A stretch of DNA of 64,000 nt from the NCBI GenBank assembly GCA_965207885.1, contig OZ242311.1:320001-384000 (forward strand), read 5' to 3'. Positions 1 to 8,838 of this stretch are shown here, one piece after another. The DNA comes from Candidatus Latescibacterota bacterium (GTDB lineage Bacteria > Latescibacterota > UBA2968). Position 1 is the stretch's first letter. Every line of letters starts with the position of its first letter. The translations under genes were made by a program, and so were the position numbers. The notes under the pieces are model-generated. The model did no database searches. It saw nothing but the letters and a program-made list of their open reading frames with translations, and had not been told where the DNA came from.

Positions 1-1625
1 ACCTTAATCTCCGTATCCGTTTGATATGAAAAACCACCGGAATTAGTTGAATCTGCCATAAAAGTCCAGAATTGATCGACAATATCTTCAGGCAATGTGT
101 AGTCTTCAAATCGACTGGAGAACGCTTGCGTCGTTGCAAAATCAACTGCAAAATCAAAAATCAGGCCTGCGCGCAATAACGCCAGCACCAGCCGCGGCCT
201 GCGCTCTTGTTGCACCACCACATCGGGTTTAATCCCACCGCCACCATAAACCTTGCGCTTAGTCACGCGCGTTGTAAATACCTTTTCAGGGTCGATATCT
301 TCGGGTCCGTTATGCGCGCTGGAAGCCAGACCTAACAACCCTTCCAATCGCATTCCAAGGACCTCTTCTGCCAGGTGATTTTCCAGACCAAATCTTTCCT
401 CGAGTTCTGTAATAACATCGTCTCGCCGTTCAGCCTGACCTATAATGCCAAAGAGTTCATAGGCCGAGACCTTGGTTGAATTTCCCACTGTAATCTCAAT
501 GGGACCGCCGCGATATCGGCGTTTTTCAGCATTGTGAATGCTGCGCCCGCTCGGCGTATAATAGGCTGCTGTCGTCAACTTCAAAGCTTTATCGCCATCA
601 CGACCCAATGGACGCACGGTTTGTACAGAGCCTTTCCCAAATGTTTGCGTGCCCACAATCAAACCCCGATCCCAATCCTGAACTGCCCCTGCGACAATTT
701 CTGATGCACTGGCACTGCGCTCGTCAACCAGGATCACAAGTGGAATATCGGCGGGTAATATGGGGTCGGACCGCGTTTTGTGACTGCGACTCTGTTCTGC
801 AAGGCGACCTCTGGTTGACACCACCAGATGATTGGATGGCAAAAACTTATCGACCACATCAACCGCTGCGTTGAGCAAACCGCCCGGATTGCCGCGCAGG
901 TCCAGGATAATCCCCGTAGCACCATTATTGAGCGATTTGATCAGTGCCCGTTGCAACTCCCTACCCGTGCGTTCAGTAAATCGAGAAGAACTGAGCCAGG
1001 ACATGGAAATATACCCGATATCGGGATCGACTTCGCCCGGAATTTGGACACTTGAAATGTCAATGCGCGCCCGAATAATTGGCTGATCAAATGGTTTCTC
1101 CAGGCCTGGTCGTTCAATCTTAATCGTCACGCCAGCACCTGGATCACCTCGCAAGGTACCGACAATTTCGCGCAGATCCTTGTCAAAAGTCGGATCTCCG
1201 TCAATGGCGATGATGCGATCTCCTACAACGAGCTTCGAGGTGTCCGCAGGCGTGCCTTCAATAACATTCATCACAACTGGAGGGCCTTCTTCCTTCCCCC
1301 GCTTGCTGATCATAATCCCCAGCCCACCAAATTTGCCCTGCGTTTCAATCTGGAGTTGTTTGAGGTCTCTGCTATCAAAAAAGGTGGTATAGGGATCCAG
1401 ATCCCACAACATGCCGGAAATGGCAGCCTTGCTCAAATCTTCTGCCTTTAGCTCATCGACATACTCGTTGAAGAGCAACTGGTAGGCTTCGTTAATCGCC
1501 TCAAAGCCGCGCCCCAATTGTTCATAAGTATCTTCGCCGGTCACCAACCGGGAATCAAGCACAAGATAAACACACAAAACACCAATTAAAGTTGTAAAAA
1601 TGGCGAATCTTCTTCGGACAAACAT
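1..1625 (-). CDS. ctpA: S41-family carboxy-terminal processing protease, truncated at window edge
   Basis: Manual translation from ATG 1625 (SD GGAGG upstream): MFVRRRFAIF...AISGMLWDLDPYT..GKFGGLGI, PDZ segment, DLRGNPGG, SASASEIVAGAVQDWDRG, TFGKGSVQ; no stop before base 1. Confidence 0.9.
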   Translation of the reverse strand, partial: MFVRRRFAIFTTLIGVLCVYLVLDSRLVTGEDTYEQLGRGFEAINEAYQLLFNEYVDELKAEDLSKAAISGMLWDLDPYTTFFDSRDLKQLQIETQGKFGGLGIMISKRGKEEGPPVVMNVIEGTPADTSKLVVGDRIIAIDGDPTFDKDLREIVGTLRGDPGAGVTIKIERPGLEKPFDQPIIRARIDISSVQIPGEVDPDIGYISMSWLSSSRFTERTGRELQRALIKSLNNGATGIILDLRGNPGGLLNAAVDVVDKFLPSNHLVVSTRGRLAEQSRSHKTRSDPILPADIPLVILVDERSASASEIVAGAVQDWDRGLIVGTQTFGKGSVQTVRPLGRDGDKALKLTTAAYYTPSGRSIHNAEKRRYRGGPIEITVGNSTKVSAYELFGIIGQAERRDDVITELEERFGLENHLAEEVLGMRLEGLLGLASSAHNGPEDIDPEKVFTTRVTKRKVYGGGGIKPDVVVQQERRPRLVLALLRAGLIFDFAVDFATTQAFSSRFEDYTLPEDIVDQFWTFMADSTNSGGFSYQTDTEIK

Positions 1626-1705
1626 GGGGCGCCTCCAGGCGGTGTACAACTGCATCAGCAGTTCTTTTTGGATAAACGGCAAATTCACATGAAATCATAT
1701 CGCGA

Positions 1706-2335
1706 TTATTTCGTCCCCGACATTCGATCGACAACCACCTTTTTAACATCATCAAACACATCGCTTATGGGCTGAGAGCCATCAACTTTAAAAATGCGAT
1801 CGGGTTCCGATTTATATCCCGCGGCAAAACCCTGTCGAACCCTTTGAAAAAATGCTTCATCTTCCTTCTCAATGCGATCTGCCCCGATTCCCCAACCGCG
1901 TTTTCGCGCAGTCTGTAAATCGACATCTAACCAGATCGTGATAGCTGGCATCAAACCCCCCGTGGCCACATTTTGAATCATTCTCAGGTCATTGAGATTC
2001 AAACCGCGACCATAGCCCTGATAAGCCAGTGTAGAATCGACATACCGATCCGAAATCACCACTTTGTCTGCATCCAGCGATGGTCGAATCACTTCGTTGA
2101 CATGCTGTGCGCGATCTGCTGCAAATAAAAACATCTCGGCAGTTGCATCAATCTCGCCTTGTGGTTTCCAGTCGAGTACCAGGTGGCGAATCTCTCCACC
2201 AAGTTGTGTGCTGCCCGGCTCATAAGTAAACACAACTTCGTGATCGCTACTCCGCAGATGATCAACCAGCAATCTGGCCAGGGTACTCGTCCCGCTTTTA
2301 TCAATGCCTTCAAATGAAATAAAAAAACCAGACAT
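1706..2335 (-). CDS. tmk: Thymidylate kinase
   Basis: FISFEGIDKSGTST P-loop, LFAADRAQH, SDRYVDSTLAYQG. Confidence 0.95.
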   Translation of the reverse strand: MSGFFISFEGIDKSGTSTLARLLVDHLRSSDHEVVFTYEPGSTQLGGEIRHLVLDWKPQGEIDATAEMFLFAADRAQHVNEVIRPSLDADKVVISDRYVDSTLAYQGYGRGLNLNDLRMIQNVATGGLMPAITIWLDVDLQTARKRGWGIGADRIEKEDEAFFQRVRQGFAAGYKSEPDRIFKVDGSQPISDVFDDVKKVVVDRMSGTK

Positions 2336-2360
2336 TTGTTCCCAGTTTTTCTACAAAGAA

Positions 2361-2392
2361 AAAAAGAACCCGGCGATATGCCCCCGGGTTTT
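2361..2392. terminator. Probable intrinsic terminator between pgsA-like gene and tmk
   Basis: AACCCGG...CCGGGTT stem with adjacent A-run (U-tract on minus strand). Confidence 0.55.
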
Positions 2393-2418
2393 ATCATCCA
2401 GCATTGGACAATCGGTCC

Positions 2419-3033
2419 CTATGATTTTGTCAGCTTTCGAAAGTGAATTACCCGCTCCATCGCAGTAAAATTTCCCAACAGAGCAATTGCCCAGACCACA
2501 ACGATCAGACCAATATCCCCAATCAAAGGAACGATCACCCCGCCAGCGCCAATGGCAATAACGCGTTCGGGCCGCTGCATAAATCCAACCTTGCACTCTG
2601 CCCCAAGCCCCTCAATGCGCGCGCGCACATAACTCACCATCAAAGATCCTGCCAGTGCAAAAAAGACCGCCGCGCTTGTCCAGAGATCATCCGCCCGTAT
2701 AAAACTGATCGCAATGCCAAACCAGATGAAAATTTCGGAATATCGGTCAACAGTGGAATCGAGAAGCGCACCAAATTTGGACTCTGTCTTGCCCTTGCGC
2801 GCCACCTGCCCGTCGAGAAAATCAAAAACACCCGCGACAAGCACCGTCAACCCCGCCCACATATACAATAATGGTGCCGAAGTAGGCGAGGCAAAGCCGA
2901 AGAGCACTGCGGCACCTATATTGAAAACAAACCCGATCATGGTCAACAAATCGGGCGTAAAGCGCTTTTCTACGAGAAATTCTGTAGATGGTCCCAAAAT
3001 CTCGGCGACATCATCTTTAACTTTTTCAATCAC
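2419..3033 (-). CDS. CDP-alcohol phosphatidyltransferase (PgsA/PI-synthase family)
   Basis: DFLDGQVAR...FGALLDSTVDR signature; start moved to GTG 3033 because the upstream extension runs toward the DnaA-box region. Confidence 0.9.
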   Translation of the reverse strand: MIEKVKDDVAEILGPSTEFLVEKRFTPDLLTMIGFVFNIGAAVLFGFASPTSAPLLYMWAGLTVLVAGVFDFLDGQVARKGKTESKFGALLDSTVDRYSEIFIWFGIAISFIRADDLWTSAAVFFALAGSLMVSYVRARIEGLGAECKVGFMQRPERVIAIGAGGVIVPLIGDIGLIVVVWAIALLGNFTAMERVIHFRKLTKS

Positions 3034-3176
3034 TGTAAACCCACAGAGAGTGAAGTTTTTGGTTGAATTTTCTAATGTTAGAACAAATCCAAATATAGGC
3101 CAATTCTGTAGGTGTTGCAAGCGAAATATCCCTTCAAAACAGGTGAAAAAACAGCCTGAACAGCCTGCATTTCAGT

Positions 3177-3303
3177 GGTGGAAAACCCGAGAGATAATGT
3201 GGAAAAGTATGTGGATAACTTTGGGCAAGTCGCATAAATTTAGTACTTTTATTCAATAAAATCAACTACTTAAATTGTTGATAATATTATCCACTTTTCC
3301 ACA
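3177..3303. promoter_or_regulatory. Cluster of DnaA boxes outside oriC
   Basis: TGTGGAAAA 3198-3206, perfect TGTGGATAA 3210-3218, TGTTGATAA 3276-3284, TTATCCACT 3287-3295, TTTTCCACA 3295-3303, AT-rich spacer between the two groups. Confidence 0.75.
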
Positions 3304-3346
3304 TTCAATGCGACACCCCTTTGAGTGTCCATATCTTCTCATCTAT

Positions 3347-4036
3347 CTATCGAAACACATCTATGCGCTTGATCACCACGGGTTTTAGAGGTCGATCCCC
3401 CGGCGCAGTTTCGACCATTGCAATATTGTTAACCACATCCATTCCCTTTGTCACTTCTCCAAAAGCAGTATATTGATTGTCCAAATTGGGCGAAGACCCA
3501 TGCATAATAAAAAATTGTGACCCGGCACCAGCCGACACATCCGAAACGCGAGCCATGGAAAGAATTCCCGGTACATGGTTTGTATCATTAAATTCATGAG
3601 GGATATGCACGAGCGGTCCCCCCATCCCATCATCAGACGGATCATCGTCCTTTGAATTGGGATCGCCCCCTTGAATCATGAAATTTCTAATTACGCGATG
3701 AAACTTGGTATTATCGTAAAACCCGCTTTCTGCTCTGGTGATAAAAGCCAAACAATGAACAGGTGCTTTTTCGGGATGGAACTTCAATTCGATATCGCCC
3801 ATATTTGTCGCGATACGCGCCGTCACACCCCGAATCTGATTTACCAGAAATAGCATTCGGCCGCCGATCTCACCGGCTCGCTTAATCTGGTTTTGCGCCT
3901 TGCTCAAGGAGCTTTTCAACGACCGATTCTCATTGTTCAACTTCTCATTGGCTTGTTTTAAATCTTCCATTCCGCTACCTCCACAGCTCGCTATCGAGAG
4001 ACATAATCCCAAAAAAACAAATCGTTTCATAGACAT
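3347..4036 (-). CDS. Cyclophilin-type peptidyl-prolyl isomerase with lipoprotein signal and coiled coil
   Basis: FHRVIRNFMIQGGDP, LSMAR, GSQFFI, LDNQYTAFGEV; N-terminal hydrophobic stretch with SIASC lipobox-like motif. Confidence 0.9.
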   Translation of the reverse strand: MSMKRFVFLGLCLSIASCGGSGMEDLKQANEKLNNENRSLKSSLSKAQNQIKRAGEIGGRMLFLVNQIRGVTARIATNMGDIELKFHPEKAPVHCLAFITRAESGFYDNTKFHRVIRNFMIQGGDPNSKDDDPSDDGMGGPLVHIPHEFNDTNHVPGILSMARVSDVSAGAGSQFFIMHGSSPNLDNQYTAFGEVTKGMDVVNNIAMVETAPGDRPLKPVVIKRIDVFR

Positions 4037-4222
4037 TTCTCCTTACAAAAATAATACCCCCCAAATCTCCCTTGACAGTGGTTCTTCTCCACGCTTTATT
4101 GTTCGCGCTATGATGATACAGGCGCAACACAACGCCGGTCAATCTCATTGCGCCTATCGCGGGGCTGAAACACCGCCGCGCAGAACAACATAAACCTCCA
4201 CATTCCCAAGGACAATATCATT

Positions 4223-5083
4223 ATGCGACTCGTTACATTTACACACCGGGGACAGTGTCGGCTCGGTGCCCGATCAGGCGATTCAATCATTGACCTCAGT
4301 GCTGCCGATCCCTCAATTCCATCCACCATGAAAGAATTTCTCGAAGCGGGCGATAATGCCATTTCCAAGGCTCAAGCAGCGATTGATAGAGGAACGCATG
4401 CTATTTCAGCAAACGATGTCACCATTCAGGCGCCCATCGACAATCCAGAAAAAATCATTTGCATAGGTCTCAACTACGCCGATCATGCCGCCGAGAGCAG
4501 TATGCCCATTCCCGACGAACCCATTGTCTTTTCTAAATATGCATCATCCATCATCGGCCCCGATGAGAATATCGTGGCTCCCAGCGCGAGTTCCCAGGTT
4601 GACTACGAAGTCGAGCTTGTCGTCGTTATTGGCAAACGCGGTCGCAACATCTCGGAAGAAAATGCCCTCGACCACGTTGCAGGCTACATGGTTGGACACG
4701 ACGTGAGTGCTCGTGATTACCAACTCGAAAAGCCAGGTGCACAATGGATGATGGGCAAGACCTTTGACACATTTGCTCCAATAGGACCTGACCTGGTCAC
4801 AACCGCCGATGTGCCCGATCCTCATAACCTGGGCATTCGTTGCATTCTCAATGGCGAAACAGTACAGGATTCCAATACTTCTCAACTGATTTTCGGCGTA
4901 CCCAAACTCATTGCTTATCTCGCACATGTATTCACGCTTACCCCCGGAGATTTGATTTTTACCGGCACACCACACGGTGTGGGTATGGGACGTGAGCCAC
5001 AACTCTGGCTCAAACACGGCGATCATGTGATATGTGAAATTGATGGGTTAGGACGGCTCGAAAATCCAGTTGTTTCAGATTGA
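4223..5083 (+). CDS. Fumarylacetoacetate hydrolase family protein
   Basis: KIICIGLNYADH, DYEVEL, DVSARD, GKTFDTF, GDLIFTGTP. Confidence 0.92.
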   Translation: MRLVTFTHRGQCRLGARSGDSIIDLSAADPSIPSTMKEFLEAGDNAISKAQAAIDRGTHAISANDVTIQAPIDNPEKIICIGLNYADHAAESSMPIPDEPIVFSKYASSIIGPDENIVAPSASSQVDYEVELVVVIGKRGRNISEENALDHVAGYMVGHDVSARDYQLEKPGAQWMMGKTFDTFAPIGPDLVTTADVPDPHNLGIRCILNGETVQDSNTSQLIFGVPKLIAYLAHVFTLTPGDLIFTGTPHGVGMGREPQLWLKHGDHVICEIDGLGRLENPVVSD

Positions 5084-5139
5084 GATCTCCCAAAGTCAAT
5101 GGGAGGACTCTTGGAGGGACTTGGCGTCTGGGAGGAATA

Positions 5140-5490
5140 TTAAACGGAAGGCAAACGGCTCCGCAATTCTGCCAATTCGCGTTCGAGATGATCCAATCTG
5201 AGTGAAACTTCACGCTCGTGCAAGAACCGATCAGCGGTACCCATACTATCGTGTATGATCGAAAGCCTGCGCTTGAGCTGTTCGCAGATGTGGCCGACTT
5301 CAGATATATCGGCCTCGACCTGAGTCTGGCGTGTGCTTATTTTGCGAATCTCATCCTGTACATTCTGAATATCAGATCGAATATCGACAAACTGCTTGAC
5401 GACCATTTGAGCGAATTTTTCTTGCGAAGACTCAATAGCATCGCGAACGGCTTCTCGAATAAGGTCGAGTTCGCCACCATCAAGGGCCAT
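5140..5490 (-). CDS. Hypothetical coiled-coil protein
   Basis: 116-aa ORF with heptad pattern filling the gap; no recognised motif. Confidence 0.65.
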   Translation of the reverse strand: MALDGGELDLIREAVRDAIESSQEKFAQMVVKQFVDIRSDIQNVQDEIRKISTRQTQVEADISEVGHICEQLKRRLSIIHDSMGTADRFLHEREVSLRLDHLERELAELRSRLPSV

Positions 5491-5786
5491 GGGCGAATTC
5501 CTGAAAAAGGCAGACGGAGTCCGAAAAATAGCAATACTTAAACGAAAAAAAGGAGGAGAAGGTGGGGAAATGGGGAGGATAAGCCTGACGATCTGGGGAG
5601 AAAGGGGAATCAGAGCAAGATCGGTTTACCCTCCCCACCCAATAAAGAGAGACTTGAATCCAGGAGAAATAGAATGTAACTGAATCTCGTTTCTCTTTAT
5701 TTTTCAGGACGTTAAGTTCTTAATACACACAAACAAGTGTGTATGTATTGCGTTCTGTGTGGGGAGTTCCAGAATGCAATTGCCTA

Positions 5787-5815
5787 AATATACACTCTCA
5801 AGTTTGTGTTGTCAA
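5787..5815 (-). promoter_or_regulatory. Sigma70-type promoter on minus strand
   Basis: TTGACA-17 nt-TATATT on minus strand. Confidence 0.7.
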
Positions 5816-5933
5816 GAGTAAATATATTCATTTAACCTATCTGTTTCTCAAGGATTTAGCTTGCCACACGGCACTTTTCAATTCATATTAGGGCATCAAA
5901 TATTTGAACGCGACTGACCATTGGGAGAGGTGT

Positions 5934-6437
5934 ATGAGGTTTGGTGAAATAATTAAACGCGCTCGTAATGGGCGATTTAGCCAGCAGGCTTTGGGTGAAA
6001 CTATTGGGGTGTGGGGCACTTATATCTATCAAATAGAAAAAGGCGAACGCATACCATCCGACGACGTGTGTACGTATCTTGCAAAAGCACTCGATCTCGA
6101 TCCTCAAAGGCTTCTTTTTTTAGCATATAAAGAACGCGCACAAAAAACGCCCGAAGGCCGCAGACTTTTTTCTCAGATGGAAAAGCTGATGACAGATCCT
6201 GTCATCAGCCAGGTAATTGTCAACCCTAAAATGCTCGATGCAGGCATTGTCAAAGCACTTCAGAGTCCCGATATTCGCAAGGTGCTCAAGAACAAGCAAT
6301 GGTGCGAAGCCCTGAGCGCGAGTGCTGCAACCACAGACCGGGATATTCCCGAACTCATTAAGATCATCACCCGGATCCCCGTCCAACAATGGCAGGTATT
6401 GCTCAGTACAGCAAAAGCTTTTGCTGATATAAAATAA
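5934..6437 (+). CDS. XRE-family HTH transcriptional regulator
   Basis: FGEIIKRAR..SQQALGETIGV..YIYQIEKGERIPS; SD GAGG before ATG 5934. Confidence 0.88.
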   Translation: MRFGEIIKRARNGRFSQQALGETIGVWGTYIYQIEKGERIPSDDVCTYLAKALDLDPQRLLFLAYKERAQKTPEGRRLFSQMEKLMTDPVISQVIVNPKMLDAGIVKALQSPDIRKVLKNKQWCEALSASAATTDRDIPELIKIITRIPVQQWQVLLSTAKAFADIK

Positions 6438-6497
6438 ATAAAGAGGGTTGGGGACTGGGGCGGTGCGCTCCCCCTGTGTAACACCTTAAAATGAAAA

Positions 6498-6530
6498 AAA
6501 GCCCGTTTCTCGCGTAGAGAAGCGGGCTTT
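6498..6530. terminator. Bidirectional intrinsic terminator
   Basis: AAAGCCCGTTTCTC-GCGTA-GAGAAGCGGGCTTT between convergent genes. Confidence 0.75.
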
Positions 6531-6585
6531 CTCTCTGGTTATATGATAAATAATTCGTTAATATAATCTTCTATTTACTAACTTA

Positions 6586-6601
6586 TGTTTCACGTGGAAC
6601 G
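6586..6601. promoter_or_regulatory. parS centromere-like site
   Basis: TGTTTCACGTGGAACG, matching the parS consensus TGTTNCACGTGAAACA, near oriC. Confidence 0.85.
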
Positions 6602-6678
6602 ATGTATGAAGGCGAGTGAGCGGTGTACAACTCCGCCAGCAGTTCAATCGCGCATGACTGGTCGTATCCCAGAGCAGT

Positions 6679-7317
6679 TCAACATCTTTTAAGAAAGACA
6701 AAGGAGCGCTTTCGTCGTGAAAATGGTAATCTCAAAGTGGTTTCAGCGGCATAGATGTGGTCTGGAACACCGTTCGCAAACTCACTGAGAGAACCTGGAC
6801 CTTTCATTGCAATAAGTACACCGGGGGGGGCGAGAAGAGGTTCAACCCAATTCCAGAGTTGAGGAAGCCTTGCAACTGCGCGCGCTGTACCAATTAGAAA
6901 TTTGCCCGAGAACGAGGAATCTCCAACAAGTGTCTCAGCGCGACTTCTAATAGCGAAGGTGTCTTGAAGGTCGAGCGTTGTGATAGTTTCCTTGAGAAAA
7001 AGGGTTTTCATGCGGGCGGGTTCGAGGAGATAAACTTTGAGGTCGGATCTCATAATCTTGATCACAATACCCGGCAGACCTGCCCCGGAACCCAAATCAA
7101 GGAGAGGGCCATCTATTGGAAGGTGCGGTACCAGCGAAAGACAATCGAGAATATGACGTTCCCATATAAAATTGCGGTCATTGCGGGAGACCAATCGAAC
7201 GCGAGCCGACCAATCGGTAAGCAAATCGACGTATTGAACGAGCAACGCGACCTGTTCAGGGGAAAGTGAAAGATCAAAGGACTTCTCCGCAAGCTCAATT
7301 GCTTCATCGGGTTGCAT
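6679..7317 (-). CDS. rsmG: 16S rRNA m7G527 methyltransferase
   Basis: RHILDCL, LLDLGSGAGLPGI, RAE, TARAVA, LIAMKG; start at MQPDE. Confidence 0.93.
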   Translation of the reverse strand: MQPDEAIELAEKSFDLSLSPEQVALLVQYVDLLTDWSARVRLVSRNDRNFIWERHILDCLSLVPHLPIDGPLLDLGSGAGLPGIVIKIMRSDLKVYLLEPARMKTLFLKETITTLDLQDTFAIRSRAETLVGDSSFSGKFLIGTARAVARLPQLWNWVEPLLAPPGVLIAMKGPGSLSEFANGVPDHIYAAETTLRLPFSRRKRSFVFLKRC

Positions 7318-7398
7318 TGGATATACCTTTAGAAGAGGGAGTAAGAGGTAATACGCAAGAGGAGAGTACACAGCCCAACGCACCAGCCCCTCTTTGCA

Positions 7399-7414
7399 TG
7401 TTTCACGTGGAACG
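7399..7414. promoter_or_regulatory. parS centromere-like site
   Basis: Identical 16-mer TGTTTCACGTGGAACG. Confidence 0.85.
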
Positions 7415-7478
7415 TTTTACAACTGATCGTATCTCAGACCAGTTCAACGGGGTACAACTGATTCAGACCAGTTCGACA

Positions 7479-8825
7479 TTATTTGCCTATGCAAAAGGTT
7501 TTGAAGATTCGATCGAGAACATCATCCGGGGTAGTCTCCCCAATAATCGCGGCAAGCGCGTCCAGTGCAACGCGGAGATCCATGGCAATAATTTCCCCCG
7601 GATTGCCGAATTCAAGGCTTTGAAGTGCCTGGGAGAGTCCCGTTGAAGCCTGTTGAAGTGCGAGAACATGCCGTTCTCTGGTAACGATTTCTTCGGGCAG
7701 GTCGCTCTTTCCCAAGAGACTCTCACGAAGGCGATCCCGCAAAGAGGAGATACCATCGCCTGTTTTGGCTGAAAGAACGATCTGGGGGTGGAGAGACTGA
7801 ATGCTTTGCCAACCGGTATGAATATTCAAATCGCTCTTATTGAGAACGAGAAATGCGTGATCATAACGACTGATGTTGTCCAGATCCGCGCAAGACGGGG
7901 GATGCGATCCATCCACAATATAGAGAACAATGGCTGCGCGTTCTATGAATCGTTGAGACCGACGCGTACCCTCTCTTTCCACCGGGTCATCAGTGTCGCG
8001 AATACCAGCAGTGTCAACCAGTGTAACAGTAATTCCATCGAGATCAATTTGCTCTTCAATTGTGTCTCGCGTTGTACCGGGAATATCTGTAACAATCGCA
8101 CGGTCTTCTTCAAGGAGCCGGTTAAGAAGGCTGGATTTTCCCACATTGGGTTGACCTGCAAGGGTGATGACAGCACCTTCCCGAATAATTTTTCCACGAT
8201 CATACGAAAGAATGAGATCTTCAATATGCTCTAAAGCCTGCGAGAGCGGTGGCTTAATCATCTCGAAATCTATCTCTACATCTTCGGAAAAGTCTAAATT
8301 AGCTTCAAGAAGCATAGCTGCCTGACGAATAGACTCTGCCATTTTTACGAAATGGCGATGAAGCCCACCGCGGAGTTGAAAAAAAGCAGATTGGAGGCTT
8401 AGATCGGATTTCGCGGTGATCATATCAGACACTGCTTCGGCCTGTGAGAGGTCCATTTTACCGTTGAGAAAAGCTCGTCTGGTAAATTCTCCAGGTCCAG
8501 CCGGTCGAGCACCTTCTCGAAAAACGGCTTCCATAATCCGTCTGAGGAGAAATGGTCCCCCGTGGCAGTTAAATTCAACTGTATCTTCACCGGTAAAGGA
8601 ATTGGGAGCACGCATGACCGAGATCAGGACCTTGTCAAAATCTCGGCCCTGAATGTAGAGATGTCCAAAAGAAAGTTGGTGAGAAGGAAGGTGGCTGAGG
8701 GGGGTTTTGCTTCTGAAGAAACGTTCTCCAATTGAGATGGCATCAGGTCCGCTGAGTCTAATAATGCCAATTGCACCTTCGCCTGGCGCAGTGGCGATTG
8801 CCGCGATGGTGTCATTGTCGGACAT
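7479..8825 (-). CDS. mnmE: tRNA modification GTPase
   Basis: DTIAAIAT, FTGEDTVE, GQPNVGKSS, DTAGIR, NKSD, C-terminal FCIGK. Confidence 0.97.
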   Translation of the reverse strand: MSDNDTIAAIATAPGEGAIGIIRLSGPDAISIGERFFRSKTPLSHLPSHQLSFGHLYIQGRDFDKVLISVMRAPNSFTGEDTVEFNCHGGPFLLRRIMEAVFREGARPAGPGEFTRRAFLNGKMDLSQAEAVSDMITAKSDLSLQSAFFQLRGGLHRHFVKMAESIRQAAMLLEANLDFSEDVEIDFEMIKPPLSQALEHIEDLILSYDRGKIIREGAVITLAGQPNVGKSSLLNRLLEEDRAIVTDIPGTTRDTIEEQIDLDGITVTLVDTAGIRDTDDPVEREGTRRSQRFIERAAIVLYIVDGSHPPSCADLDNISRYDHAFLVLNKSDLNIHTGWQSIQSLHPQIVLSAKTGDGISSLRDRLRESLLGKSDLPEEIVTRERHVLALQQASTGLSQALQSLEFGNPGEIIAMDLRVALDALAAIIGETTPDDVLDRIFKTFCIGK

Positions 8826-8838
8826 AGAAATAAACCAA

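Noticed and set aside
4110-4193. Two hairpins and a 27-codon ORF upstream of the FAH-family gene as riboswitch or leader peptide
   Set aside because: No recognisable riboswitch consensus, terminator or amino-acid run
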